Positions 47,743-56,435 of a DNA stretch of 64,000 nucleotides are shown here, piece after piece. A program made the position numbers and the translations under genes. The stretch's first letter is position 1; each line of letters starts with the position of its first letter. Source of the stretch: Candidatus Daviesbacteria bacterium RIFCSPLOWO2_01_FULL_39_23 (GTDB lineage: Bacteria > Patescibacteriota > Microgenomatia > Daviesbacterales > UBA10151); assembly GCA_001776935.1 (NCBI GenBank), contig MFDN01000001.1, positions 19,619-83,618 of the forward strand, in the 5' to 3' direction. The notes beneath the pieces were generated by a model that worked only from the letters and a program-made list of their open reading frames with translations, was not told the DNA's origin and made no database searches.

Positions 47743-47983
47743 GCCTGCAATTTAATAAAAGCAATATTTTTTAGGTATCCTTTCCTATTTCTTACAGCTT
47801 TTTGAGTTTTTTCTTAATTTAGAATTATAAAATTTGTTTATTATGAATGGAACCATTATATTTGCAGATTTTAGATATCTTCTAAGATGGACAACAGGGA
47901 GTAAATTTATTTCAATAGTAACAAAGCTTCTAAAGGAGAATTTTATTTACAGGCTTTTGTCGGCTCCTGTAGTTTGAAGTTGT

Positions 47984-49195
47984 TTAAACTGCTTTTCCAT
48001 TGCCCGGTAATTTTATTATAAAGGTAGCTCCTCTTGGTTTGGAATTTGTAATTTCTACTTCTCCGCCATATCTTTCGATTGTTTTTTTAATAATATACAA
48101 TCCTAAGCCGGTGTGACCGCTATCTCCATACTTAAAGCCTTCCTGAAATAATTGGTCCTTAATGTTGTTAGGGATACCTACACCGTAATCAGTTATACAG
48201 ATTTTTACTATATTATTTCCATTTGAAATGCTGATATCGATCCGGTCAGTTTTTCCATGGTCTTTTGCATTCCTTATAATATTTTCCAGCACAGAAATAA
48301 TAGCCTGATCTGCCCAGACTACACCATCCCCTTCTACTTTGAATTTAATAGAGGGGAAAAATTGCAGGATATTATTTATAAGATTTTTCATTGGATAACG
48401 CATCAAAGGTGTACCTGTGTAAAGAACAGACTCTAAACCAGTCAGATGTTTGATTGAATTGACTCCCTGATCAATTGATGCAAATATTTCTTTAAATATA
48501 TCCTGCTTGGCTCTGCCTCTAAGATACATTTCAGTATCTGCTTTAATTATTGTCAAAATATTCAAAAGGTCATGCCTTAGGGTTTTGTAGGATAATCGCA
48601 ATACCTCATTAAGTTCAGCTACTTTCTTTTCTGCTTTTTCCCTAGATTCTATTGCAAGGCGTATTTCGTGAGTATTAAGTTCCAGTTCTGCCCAGGCGGC
48701 AAGGCTTTTTAGCAAGTTAATTTTTTGTTTGTTTAGTTTTCGGGGTTTGTAGTCTTTGATGCAAAATACCCCGACTCTTTTGCCGTCTGCTGATTTCAAA
48801 GGGATTGCTGCGTAGAATCTAATATAGGGTTTACCGATGACCATAGGATTTTTTGCAAATCTTGGGTCTTTTCTGGCATCCGGAATAATAAAAATATCCT
48901 CAGAAAGAAGCGCATGACCACAAAAAGATATAGCCCTTCTACCTTCTCTTTCAGGCAGACCCTGACATGATTTGAACCATTCTCGGCGGGAGTCTATTAA
49001 GGTTACTGTGGAGATGGGTACTTTAAATAAGTGGAGCGCCATTTCAGTAATCCGGTCAAATCTTTCTTCAGGGGGAGTGTCCAGGATTTGCAGTCTTTTG
49101 AGCGAATTTAAGCGCTCTTTCTCGTCAGACGGTATAGGTGCTTTTTGATAATCTAATTGAGTAAGCATAGCCCTCCTTTTAAGGTCTTTGGGCAC
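47984..49195 (-). CDS. Sensor histidine kinase with GAF domain (cytoplasmic)
   Basis: GAF-like region (RAISFCGHALL...IRFYAAIPLKS), then LRLSYKTLRHDLLN (H-box region) and HATPase GLGLYIIKKTIERYGGEVE. Confidence 0.75.
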   Translation of the reverse strand: MPKDLKRRAMLTQLDYQKAPIPSDEKERLNSLKRLQILDTPPEERFDRITEMALHLFKVPISTVTLIDSRREWFKSCQGLPEREGRRAISFCGHALLSEDIFIIPDARKDPRFAKNPMVIGKPYIRFYAAIPLKSADGKRVGVFCIKDYKPRKLNKQKINLLKSLAAWAELELNTHEIRLAIESREKAEKKVAELNEVLRLSYKTLRHDLLNILTIIKADTEMYLRGRAKQDIFKEIFASIDQGVNSIKHLTGLESVLYTGTPLMRYPMKNLINNILQFFPSIKFKVEGDGVVWADQAIISVLENIIRNAKDHGKTDRIDISISNGNNIVKICITDYGVGIPNNIKDQLFQEGFKYGDSGHTGLGLYIIKKTIERYGGEVEITNSKPRGATFIIKLPGNGKAV

Positions 49196-49200
49196 CTGAT

Positions 49201-49869
49201 TTAATCTTTAATCATATACCCAAAACCCCTAACCGAATGGAGGAGTTTTTTCTGACTTCCGTTATCGATCTTCTTTCTCAGATAGCCCATATAAACATCA
49301 ACAACTCTGGTCTCAATATCCTGTGAATAAAACCATACACGATTTAAAATCATCTCGCGTGTAAGCAGTCTTCCTGAGTTGCGCATTAAATATTCAAGCA
49401 GTTTAAATTCCTGTGGAGTAAGCTGGATTGTCTTGCCGCCCCTTCTAACTTCCAGGGCTTGTTTATCAAGTTCTAAATCACCAACTTTTAAAGTTGTATC
49501 CGATAATTTATCCTGACGTAATTTGGTTTTAATTCTGGCAAGGAGTTCATCAGCCACAAACGGTTTAGTTATATAATCATCTGCGCCCATATTAAGGACC
49601 TGAACGATATCGGAGATGGAGTCTTTGGCTGTTAAAATTATAACCGGGAGGGCGGGATTTTGTTTTCTTACTTCTATAATCACAGATTCACCGCTCATGT
49701 TTGGCAATCCCAGATCCAGAACAACAAGATCGGGCGGTGTTTTATCGATGGCATCAAGAGCCTGAATGCCGTCTGAGACAGCCTGGACTGAATATTGATT
49801 GTCCAGCAGAAGCTCTTTTAAGTATTTCTGCAGGCCTTTGTCGTCTTCTACTACAAGTATTTTGCTGGT
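49201..49869 (-). CDS. OmpR/PhoB-family response regulator
   Basis: MTSKILVVEDD receiver plus winged-helix (LLTREMILNRVWFYSQDIETRVVDVYMGYLRKKI). ORF track extends to 49926; start at MTSK preferred. Confidence 0.8.
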   Translation of the reverse strand, partial: TSKILVVEDDKGLQKYLKELLLDNQYSVQAVSDGIQALDAIDKTPPDLVVLDLGLPNMSGESVIIEVRKQNPALPVIILTAKDSISDIVQVLNMGADDYITKPFVADELLARIKTKLRQDKLSDTTLKVGDLELDKQALEVRRGGKTIQLTPQEFKLLEYLMRNSGRLLTREMILNRVWFYSQDIETRVVDVYMGYLRKKIDNGSQKKLLHSVRGFGYMIKD

Positions 49870-50059
49870 CATATTTTCCTTACAAATTTCACTCAGATTA
49901 TATACCAATCGTATCTGAAAATGCAAAGACTATCGTGCAATTGGACTGCGGATAACAATAAATTCACAATAACTTTTTTCTCACAAATCTCTTACTTTGT
50001 TTTAGTTGTTTTATTATTTTATTAGGGTATTCTTCTTCTTGTTAAGTTAGTCGTTTAAT

Positions 50060-50172
50060 TTAGGGGGTAGGATCCGGTTTAGCTGGATATACCAAGAAGC
50101 GATTTGAGGACAACACTAGATCTATCTAGAATATACGAGTATCCTAAAGCTCCTCGGCCTACCCCCTAACTT
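50060..50172. other. Structured intergenic element closed by a 12-bp GC-rich stem (ttagggggtagg ... cctaccccctaa); candidate small RNA or regulatory structure
   Basis: Perfect complementary arms at ~50063-50074 and ~50159-50170 enclosing ~85 nt with further internal pairings (gagga...tcctc, ctag...ctag). Lies in a 400-bp divergent intergenic region. Confidence 0.35.
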
Positions 50173-50330
50173 TATCTTTCAATTTCGTTTCCTTTTAATA
50201 TGGCTATCCTATTTTTATTAATAATAATTTTAATTGCAATTGATGCCATAGAAGACAAAAGATCTCATAGTCAACTAAAAAAATAAACATTAAGTTGCAC
50301 AAAATACTCCTTTTAAGATAATCTGTTTGC

Positions 50331-51158
50331 ATGAATTTAACTAAAGAATGGGTTAACAGCAATTTACCTAAAAGGCCTGCAAATTCTCATAAGGGAACTT
50401 TCGGAAAGGTTTTATCTGTCGCAGGCTCCAGGGCGTATCCGGGAGCTGCCTATTTAGCATGCGCCGCTTGTTACAGAGTGGGCGCAGGACTTGTAGCCTT
50501 GGCCGCTGATCCTATGGTGGAGGTTATAGTTTCACGGAGGTTGCCGGAGGTGACTTTTTTATCTTTAAATGAAGTAATTGAGAGAAAAGATAAATATGAT
50601 GTTTTGCTATTGGGTCCTGGTTTAGGTCAAAAACCTACAGCTGTTAAGCTATTAAAACATCTTTTTGAAGGGTCTGTTTGCAAAATGGTTATAGATGGGG
50701 ATGGATTAAATATTCTATCTAAAGTAAATAGCTGGTGGGAACGTCTGGATGGTGCTTGCGTATTAACGCCTCACCCGGGAGAGATGGCGAGGTTAACAGG
50801 TTTATCTGTGGATGAGATCCAAAAGAATAGGGAGCAGGTGGTTGTAGACTATGCCCGGAAATGGGGACAGGTGGTAGTTTTGAAAGGGGCAAGCACCGTG
50901 ATTGCTTCTCCCTGCGGCGAGGTTTTAAAGAGCCTTTTTGCAAATCCTGTTTTGGCTACTGCCGGCACAGGAGATGTATTAGCAGGAGCTATTGCTGGAA
51001 TAATAGCTCAGCAGGTCGCGCCGTACGCAGCAGCAGGTGTGGGTGTATATCTGCACGGCGAAGCAGGGGAGATGTTAAGAAAGAAAATAGGTGACGCAGG
51101 TGTTTTAGCAAGCGATATTTTGCCTCTTTTGCCACTAGTTATTAAGAATTTAATATAA
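50331..51158 (+). CDS. nnrD: ADP/ATP-dependent NAD(P)H-hydrate dehydratase (YjeF C-terminal domain)
   Basis: LPKRPANSHKGTFGKVLSVAGSRAYPGAAYLACAAC...GDGL...TPHPGE...GAST (YjeF_C / ribokinase-like fold). Confidence 0.75.
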   Translation: MNLTKEWVNSNLPKRPANSHKGTFGKVLSVAGSRAYPGAAYLACAACYRVGAGLVALAADPMVEVIVSRRLPEVTFLSLNEVIERKDKYDVLLLGPGLGQKPTAVKLLKHLFEGSVCKMVIDGDGLNILSKVNSWWERLDGACVLTPHPGEMARLTGLSVDEIQKNREQVVVDYARKWGQVVVLKGASTVIASPCGEVLKSLFANPVLATAGTGDVLAGAIAGIIAQQVAPYAAAGVGVYLHGEAGEMLRKKIGDAGVLASDILPLLPLVIKNLI

Positions 51159-51240
51159 AAATATAATTATCTAATGTTGATATATTGACAATTATCATAA
51201 TTTATTTTAATTTTGGTATTAATATATCAAAAATTAATAT

Positions 51241-52680
51241 ATGCAAGATAATAATTTTCCTTTAAAACAATTTTTAGAAATTCCTTACGCACAACTTGAA
51301 GAAATGAACCTTCGTGCCAAAGAAAAACAGCAATCAGTTGATAGTAAACAATTGGAAGAAGAATACCGCCTTTATTTACAGAAAGAAAAAAAACTTAAGG
51401 CAGTGACTTTATGTTTTACGGATATAGAGGGCAGATTCCATATGCTTGATTATGACAAAAAATATCTTTTAGAATCATCTTCAAATTTAACTTTTGACGG
51501 TTCTTCCATCCGGGGGTTTACAGCCCAGCATGAATCTGATTTGAGACTTGATGTTGATTGGTCAAGTATAATGTGGCTTCCGTCCGATGTATTTGGTTCC
51601 GGCAAGGTTATTATGTTTGCGGATGTTTTGGATAGAAATAGAAATCCTTATATATCAGATTTTCGCGGACAACTAAAATCATTTCTTAAGAGACTTAAAG
51701 CAGAAAAAGCGATAACAGCCTATACTGCAACCGAAACAGAAGGATTTTTGGTCGAAGGCGTTGGAGCGGAACAAAACTTTGATGAAGACATTGGATTCAA
51801 ATTAATTTCCGCAGGGGGTTATTACCATTCTCTCCCGCTTGACAGATTGCGAAGGTTCATAGATGCAGCGGCAGAGGCGCAAAGGGCAATGGGTTTTGGA
51901 AATGAAAAAGATCATCCTGAAGTTGCCCCTTCTCAATTTGAATTGAATTTTGGTTATACAGAGGTATTAAGGGCTTGCGATCAAATTCAGCTCTATAAAT
52001 TAGTCTGTAGGCAAGTTGCCAACAATATGGGAATGACAGCTACTTTTCTGCCTAAACCGATTGCAGGTATTAATGGTTCGGGTATGCACACTAATCTTTC
52101 TTTGGGCAAAAGCGGTAAAAATATCTTTTATCAAAAAGGCGGGCAGGATAATTTATCTGAAATTGCCTGGGATTTTATTTTGAAAATATTAAACCATGCT
52201 CCTGAAATTTCTTTAACGTTTGGTTCGTCTGTGAATGCTTATAGAAGACTTGATCCGCATTTTGAAGCTCCAAATCAAATTAAAGTTTCTCCAATTGATA
52301 GAGGCTCTATGATCAGGATTCCGGAGGGTAATGAAAAAAGTGCCCGGATTGAGATAAGAGCTGTTGCGCCCGATTCCAACCCTTATCTTGTTTTATATAC
52401 AATATTAAAAACAGGATTGGAAGGCAAAAAGCTAAATAATCCTAAAGGAAGAAGAGAGAGAGTTAGATTTTTGCCTGGCACAATACATGATGCCATTAGG
52501 CTATTTAAGGCAAGTGATTTTATCTCAAGAATATTAGGGGAAGAAAATAAACAAAAATATTTATCTTTTAAAGAAGCAGCTGCTGATAGAAGCCCCAAAG
52601 AACTTGGAAAGAAAATTAAAACATCGGAAATTATTTACCACCACGAAGTGGCAAATCAGGTTCTTTGGAATAATTTCTGA
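51241..52680 (+). CDS. Glutamine synthetase family protein (GlnA-like catalytic domain)
   Basis: GINGSGMHTNLSLGK, SVNAYRRLDPHFEAPNQIKVSPIDRGSMIRIP, IEIRAVAPDSNPYLV match GS catalytic-domain motifs. Confidence 0.75.
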   Translation: MQDNNFPLKQFLEIPYAQLEEMNLRAKEKQQSVDSKQLEEEYRLYLQKEKKLKAVTLCFTDIEGRFHMLDYDKKYLLESSSNLTFDGSSIRGFTAQHESDLRLDVDWSSIMWLPSDVFGSGKVIMFADVLDRNRNPYISDFRGQLKSFLKRLKAEKAITAYTATETEGFLVEGVGAEQNFDEDIGFKLISAGGYYHSLPLDRLRRFIDAAAEAQRAMGFGNEKDHPEVAPSQFELNFGYTEVLRACDQIQLYKLVCRQVANNMGMTATFLPKPIAGINGSGMHTNLSLGKSGKNIFYQKGGQDNLSEIAWDFILKILNHAPEISLTFGSSVNAYRRLDPHFEAPNQIKVSPIDRGSMIRIPEGNEKSARIEIRAVAPDSNPYLVLYTILKTGLEGKKLNNPKGRRERVRFLPGTIHDAIRLFKASDFISRILGEENKQKYLSFKEAAADRSPKELGKKIKTSEIIYHHEVANQVLWNNF

Positions 52681-52766
52681 AGATACTGGTCCTGATGGTC
52701 TGGCGCTTATTGGTGGAAAGCCTGTCCGTCATCGTATTCTATCAGGTCCTTATATAACCCTTGAGC

Positions 52767-54272
52767 TTATTCCACATAACCAAACAGAGAATCAGTAAGA
52801 TTGGTATCAGGAGTTTTGCAGCTTTGATCAATCATATCTTTTGGAGGCATATATGTCGGCGGAATAATGCCGATATGGCCAAACTTTTTTTCCACCTCAT
52901 TTAAGGCTAATTCATCAGGGAGAACTATATTGTAAACAGGGACTTTTAAAGAAGGGTGTGCTAGGTGTTGGTTTTTCAAATAGAAAAAATAGCGGAAACC
53001 GGTGTTTTCTCCGGGATCTGTTATATAAGAAATGCCGATACAGGGGAATCCGCTTTTAGCGGCATCAGCTACTATAAATTCTACAACTCCTTTTCTTTCC
53101 TGGTAATCTTTTTTATAGATATCTACAGTTACAAAACTATAAAGGTTTTTTGCAAACAGAATTCCCAGTATAAAAAATACCAAAATTTTGCCGGTAGAGC
53201 TTTTGACTAAATGGCTAAAAGTTAAGGCAATAAGTCCTACAAAAACTACCTCAATGCTGTATAGATAATATTCGGAAATTAAAGATGAAGAGAGGGTAAA
53301 AAATCCGATTACTCCAAAAAGTAAAACAGACAGAGGAACGATTTCTTTTTTTGTTATTATTTTTTTCTTTATCAGGAATATGCTTGAAGCTAAAATAATA
53401 AGTAAAAATAACGGTTTTAAGAAATCTGGTAAAGTATAGGGAGAAAAAAATAAATTATTAACATTTTTAATTACCATTTCAAAAACATAAATTAATTTTG
53501 TCTCTCCTGATCCTCCTCCATGATCGGTCGTAAAATTTTCGATTAAGGCACGGGTTTGACTAAAGCCATGCCTTATTTCAAAAAGCATAAGCGGTATATT
53601 GGTTACAAAAAATGCAATTACAAATAAAGATAGTTCTTTTATCTTTGGAATTTTTCTGGAAATCAAAAATGCAAAAGGGATTGCAAGGAGGGTTGGTATA
53701 AGGGCAATATGGATATGCCAAATTAAGCCAATTAAAATTCCTAAAATAGGTAAAACAAAAAACTTACCCCGGGCTATTTGCACAATCGTATAAAAATACC
53801 AAATGGTCCAAAGATTAGTTGGTGTGCTTGGAACAACTCTTCTGTCGAAGCTGATCCAAGGAAGCAAAATAGCTTGTAAAAAGGCAGCAATGAATCCGGT
53901 TGTTTCTCTGAATAATTTAGAAAAGACTATAAAATAACTTAAAGTAGTTAGTATTCCTATTATAGTTATAGGAACTAAAGCAGCCCAGGGATCCATTTGA
54001 GAAAGGATAAAAAAAGGGACCAAAAGATAATAAAAGAAAGGACCAATAAAGATTCCCGGAGCAGAAGTAAGTTGTCCAATAAGTCTTGGATGTTGATTAA
54101 TAACTATATCTTTGACAATCCATGAAAAGAGTTCCGCATCGTGGCCGTAGCCATATCTTTCTATAATTTGGTAAGTCCTAAAAAATACACTAATTAAAAT
54201 TATGATACCTAATATAAACAATGAGCTTTTCTTCATCCATATGATAGTAACAAGATATATTTGAATGTGCAA
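52767..54272 (-). CDS. PMT/ArnT-like GT-C membrane protein, paralog B2
   Basis: YGYGHDAELFSWIVKDIVINQHPRLIGQLTSAPGIFIGPFFYYL. C-terminal GFPCIGISYI...GFRYFFYLKN parallels paralog B1. Alternative start at MKKSS (54236). Confidence 0.6.
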   Translation of the reverse strand: MHIQIYLVTIIWMKKSSLFILGIIILISVFFRTYQIIERYGYGHDAELFSWIVKDIVINQHPRLIGQLTSAPGIFIGPFFYYLLVPFFILSQMDPWAALVPITIIGILTTLSYFIVFSKLFRETTGFIAAFLQAILLPWISFDRRVVPSTPTNLWTIWYFYTIVQIARGKFFVLPILGILIGLIWHIHIALIPTLLAIPFAFLISRKIPKIKELSLFVIAFFVTNIPLMLFEIRHGFSQTRALIENFTTDHGGGSGETKLIYVFEMVIKNVNNLFFSPYTLPDFLKPLFLLIILASSIFLIKKKIITKKEIVPLSVLLFGVIGFFTLSSSLISEYYLYSIEVVFVGLIALTFSHLVKSSTGKILVFFILGILFAKNLYSFVTVDIYKKDYQERKGVVEFIVADAAKSGFPCIGISYITDPGENTGFRYFFYLKNQHLAHPSLKVPVYNIVLPDELALNEVEKKFGHIGIIPPTYMPPKDMIDQSCKTPDTNLTDSLFGYVE

Positions 54273-54298
54273 TTTTTTGATGATACACTACCGGATCT

Positions 54299-55054
54299 AT
54301 GATAGTTAAAGCTATAAAAACAAGGAAATTTTTACCGCCAAAAGATAATTTATGGGAACTCCTGGATTCTGTTAAAAGCCTTAAAGAGAATTCTGTAGTG
54401 GCAGTTACCTCAAAAGTAGTATCCATTGGAGAAGGAAGATGTATAAAAGTGGGGAGCGTTGATAAAGATAAGTTGATTGCCAAAGAGGCAGATAAATTTC
54501 TGCCTCGTGATTTAGTCCCTAATAAGTGGGCAGTTTATACCATTAAAAATAATTTACTGGTAGCATCTGCCGGAATCGATGAAAGTAATGGTGATAGTTA
54601 TTATATTTTGTGGCCAAAAGATCCGGAAAAATCTGCTAAAAAAATATGGGAATTTTTACGCAAAAAATTCCAGATAAAAAATTTAGGAGTAATCATTACA
54701 GATTCAAAAGTTGAACCTTTAAGAAGAGGAGTGGTGGGGTTGGCAGTTTCTTATTTTGGTTTTAAACCTATAAAAGACTACCGGGGGAAAAAAGATATAT
54801 TTAACCGGCCGTTTGTTATGGAAACATCCAATATGCCGGATTCTTTGGCTACTGCCGCTATTTTAGAAATGGGAGAAGGGGCAGAATGTCAGCCCTTTGC
54901 TGTGATTACAGATATTCCCTGTATTGAATTTATACAAGAAAAATATAAACCGCAAAATGCTGATTATGGGTTTGAAATGACGGAAAAAGATGACCTGTTT
55001 TCCCCTTTTTTATCCTCGGTCCCCTGGAAAAAAGGCGGAGGGGGACAAGCATAA
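54299..55054 (+). CDS. CofE-like protein (F420-0:gamma-glutamyl ligase family fold)
   Basis: VVAVTSKVVSIGEGR, SAGIDESN, GVIITDSKVEPLRRGVVGLAVS, MGEGAECQPFAVI align with conserved CofE blocks. Confidence 0.6.
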   Translation: MIVKAIKTRKFLPPKDNLWELLDSVKSLKENSVVAVTSKVVSIGEGRCIKVGSVDKDKLIAKEADKFLPRDLVPNKWAVYTIKNNLLVASAGIDESNGDSYYILWPKDPEKSAKKIWEFLRKKFQIKNLGVIITDSKVEPLRRGVVGLAVSYFGFKPIKDYRGKKDIFNRPFVMETSNMPDSLATAAILEMGEGAECQPFAVITDIPCIEFIQEKYKPQNADYGFEMTEKDDLFSPFLSSVPWKKGGGGQA

Positions 55055-55072
55055 AAGCAAAACTACTTTGAT

Positions 55073-55459
55073 CTAAATCTCGTATAGTTCCAAAGGTAAA
55101 TTGTCAGGATCAGAAAAAAAGGTAACCCTTTTTCCGGTAACAGGGTCAATCCTGATCTCTTCTGTAGTAATGTTTTTGTTTTTTAAATATGAGATTGATT
55201 CATCCAGGTTAACAACTTCAAATGCCAAATGCCTTAATCCCTGTGCTTCGGGTCTGGAGGGTCTTTTGGGAGGATTAGGAAATGAAAATAGTTCTATTTG
55301 ATCTGTTTCTCCAACTCTTAAATCCAGCTTGTAGGACCCTCTTTCTTCCCTATAAGTTTCCTTTATGATTTTAAATCCCAGGACCTCTGTGTAAAATTTT
55401 TTAGATATTTCGTAGTTGGAACAAATAATTGCAACATGATGAAACTTCTTAATTATCAT
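55073..55459 (-). CDS. VOC-family (glyoxalase/bleomycin-resistance/dioxygenase) protein
   Basis: FHHVAIICSNYEISKKFYTEVLGFKI...HLAFEV. Confidence 0.7.
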   Translation of the reverse strand: MIIKKFHHVAIICSNYEISKKFYTEVLGFKIIKETYREERGSYKLDLRVGETDQIELFSFPNPPKRPSRPEAQGLRHLAFEVVNLDESISYLKNKNITTEEIRIDPVTGKRVTFFSDPDNLPLELYEI

Positions 55460-55468
55460 TTAATTGAT

Positions 55469-56383
55469 CTATTGAGATTTAAAGAAGTCGATAGTTCTTT
55501 TTAAGCCTTCATCTAAATCTACTTTTGCATTCCAGCCCAATACTTTTTGAATTTTTTCAGATGATGCAACAAGAGCAGGGACATCACCTTTTCTCTCGCC
55601 CTTGTCTTCTATTGGAACTTCGTAGCCAATAATTTGAAAAATCTTTTTTACAACATCAATAACTTTTACCCCGGTTTGGGTGCCGACATTGAGTATATGT
55701 AAACCAGATAAAGTTAAAGCAAGAACATGGGCTTGGGCTAAATCATCTATATAAATAAAGTCCCTTATTTGCTCCCCTTTCCAGAAAAGAGGAATAGGTT
55801 TTTTAGAAAGAATTGATTTTACAAAATTCGGTATGGCATGGGTTTCCGGCTGGTGCAATTCTCCCGGACCGTAAGGGTTAAAATACCGTAGGATCGCAAC
55901 ATCAAATTCAAATAAATTATGGTAAAGCTTACAGAATTGTTCCATAGATATTTTAGTTATTCCGTATGGATTTTCCTGTTCTCCTAAAGGATCATCCTCG
56001 GTGATAGGTAATTTTTTGGGAAGTCCATAGACACACGCGCTTGATGAAAAAATGATTTTTTTCACATCAGCAATCCGTATTGCCTCCAACAGCTTAACCG
56101 TTCCAATGATGTTATTTTGTGCAAACTCCACAGGTTTTTTGACCGATTCCCCAACTTCTATAAACGAGGCCATATGAATAACTGCATCATGGCCCGGAAG
56201 TATATTTTCCAGCTGTTCCTGATCTTCCAGACTGACTTGATGAAATTTTATTTTTGGGTCTATATATTCTTTGTGGCCTTTTGACAGGTCGTCAATTACT
56301 GTCACAGAGTGCCCCTGTTCCAAGAGAAGCTTATTAACATGTGATCCGATAAATCCTGCGCCGCCTGTGACTAAAACTTTCAT
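55469..56383 (-). CDS. NAD-dependent nucleotide-sugar epimerase/dehydratase (GalE-like)
   Basis: MKVLVTGGAGFIGSHV Rossmann motif, SSSACVYG, YGITKISME (YxxxK). Confidence 0.8.
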   Translation of the reverse strand: MKVLVTGGAGFIGSHVNKLLLEQGHSVTVIDDLSKGHKEYIDPKIKFHQVSLEDQEQLENILPGHDAVIHMASFIEVGESVKKPVEFAQNNIIGTVKLLEAIRIADVKKIIFSSSACVYGLPKKLPITEDDPLGEQENPYGITKISMEQFCKLYHNLFEFDVAILRYFNPYGPGELHQPETHAIPNFVKSILSKKPIPLFWKGEQIRDFIYIDDLAQAHVLALTLSGLHILNVGTQTGVKVIDVVKKIFQIIGYEVPIEDKGERKGDVPALVASSEKIQKVLGWNAKVDLDEGLKRTIDFFKSQ

Positions 56384-56435
56384 GAAATTAATTTTAACAT
56401 AAATTTAGTATATCTTATTGTAAAATATTTGAAGT

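Noticed and set aside
47843-47977. 44-aa ORF (MNGTIIFADFRYLLRWTTGSKFISIVTKLLKENFIYRLLSAPVV) in the 240-bp gap before the GAF kinase
   Set aside because: No SD sequence, no recognisable motif, and below ORF-track length threshold; likely non-coding intergenic DNA.
51159-51240. AT-rich inverted repeat ttgatatatt ... aatatatcaa upstream of the GS-family gene
   Set aside because: Short AT-only palindromes are expected by chance in ~25% GC intergenic DNA. Not reported as a regulatory site.
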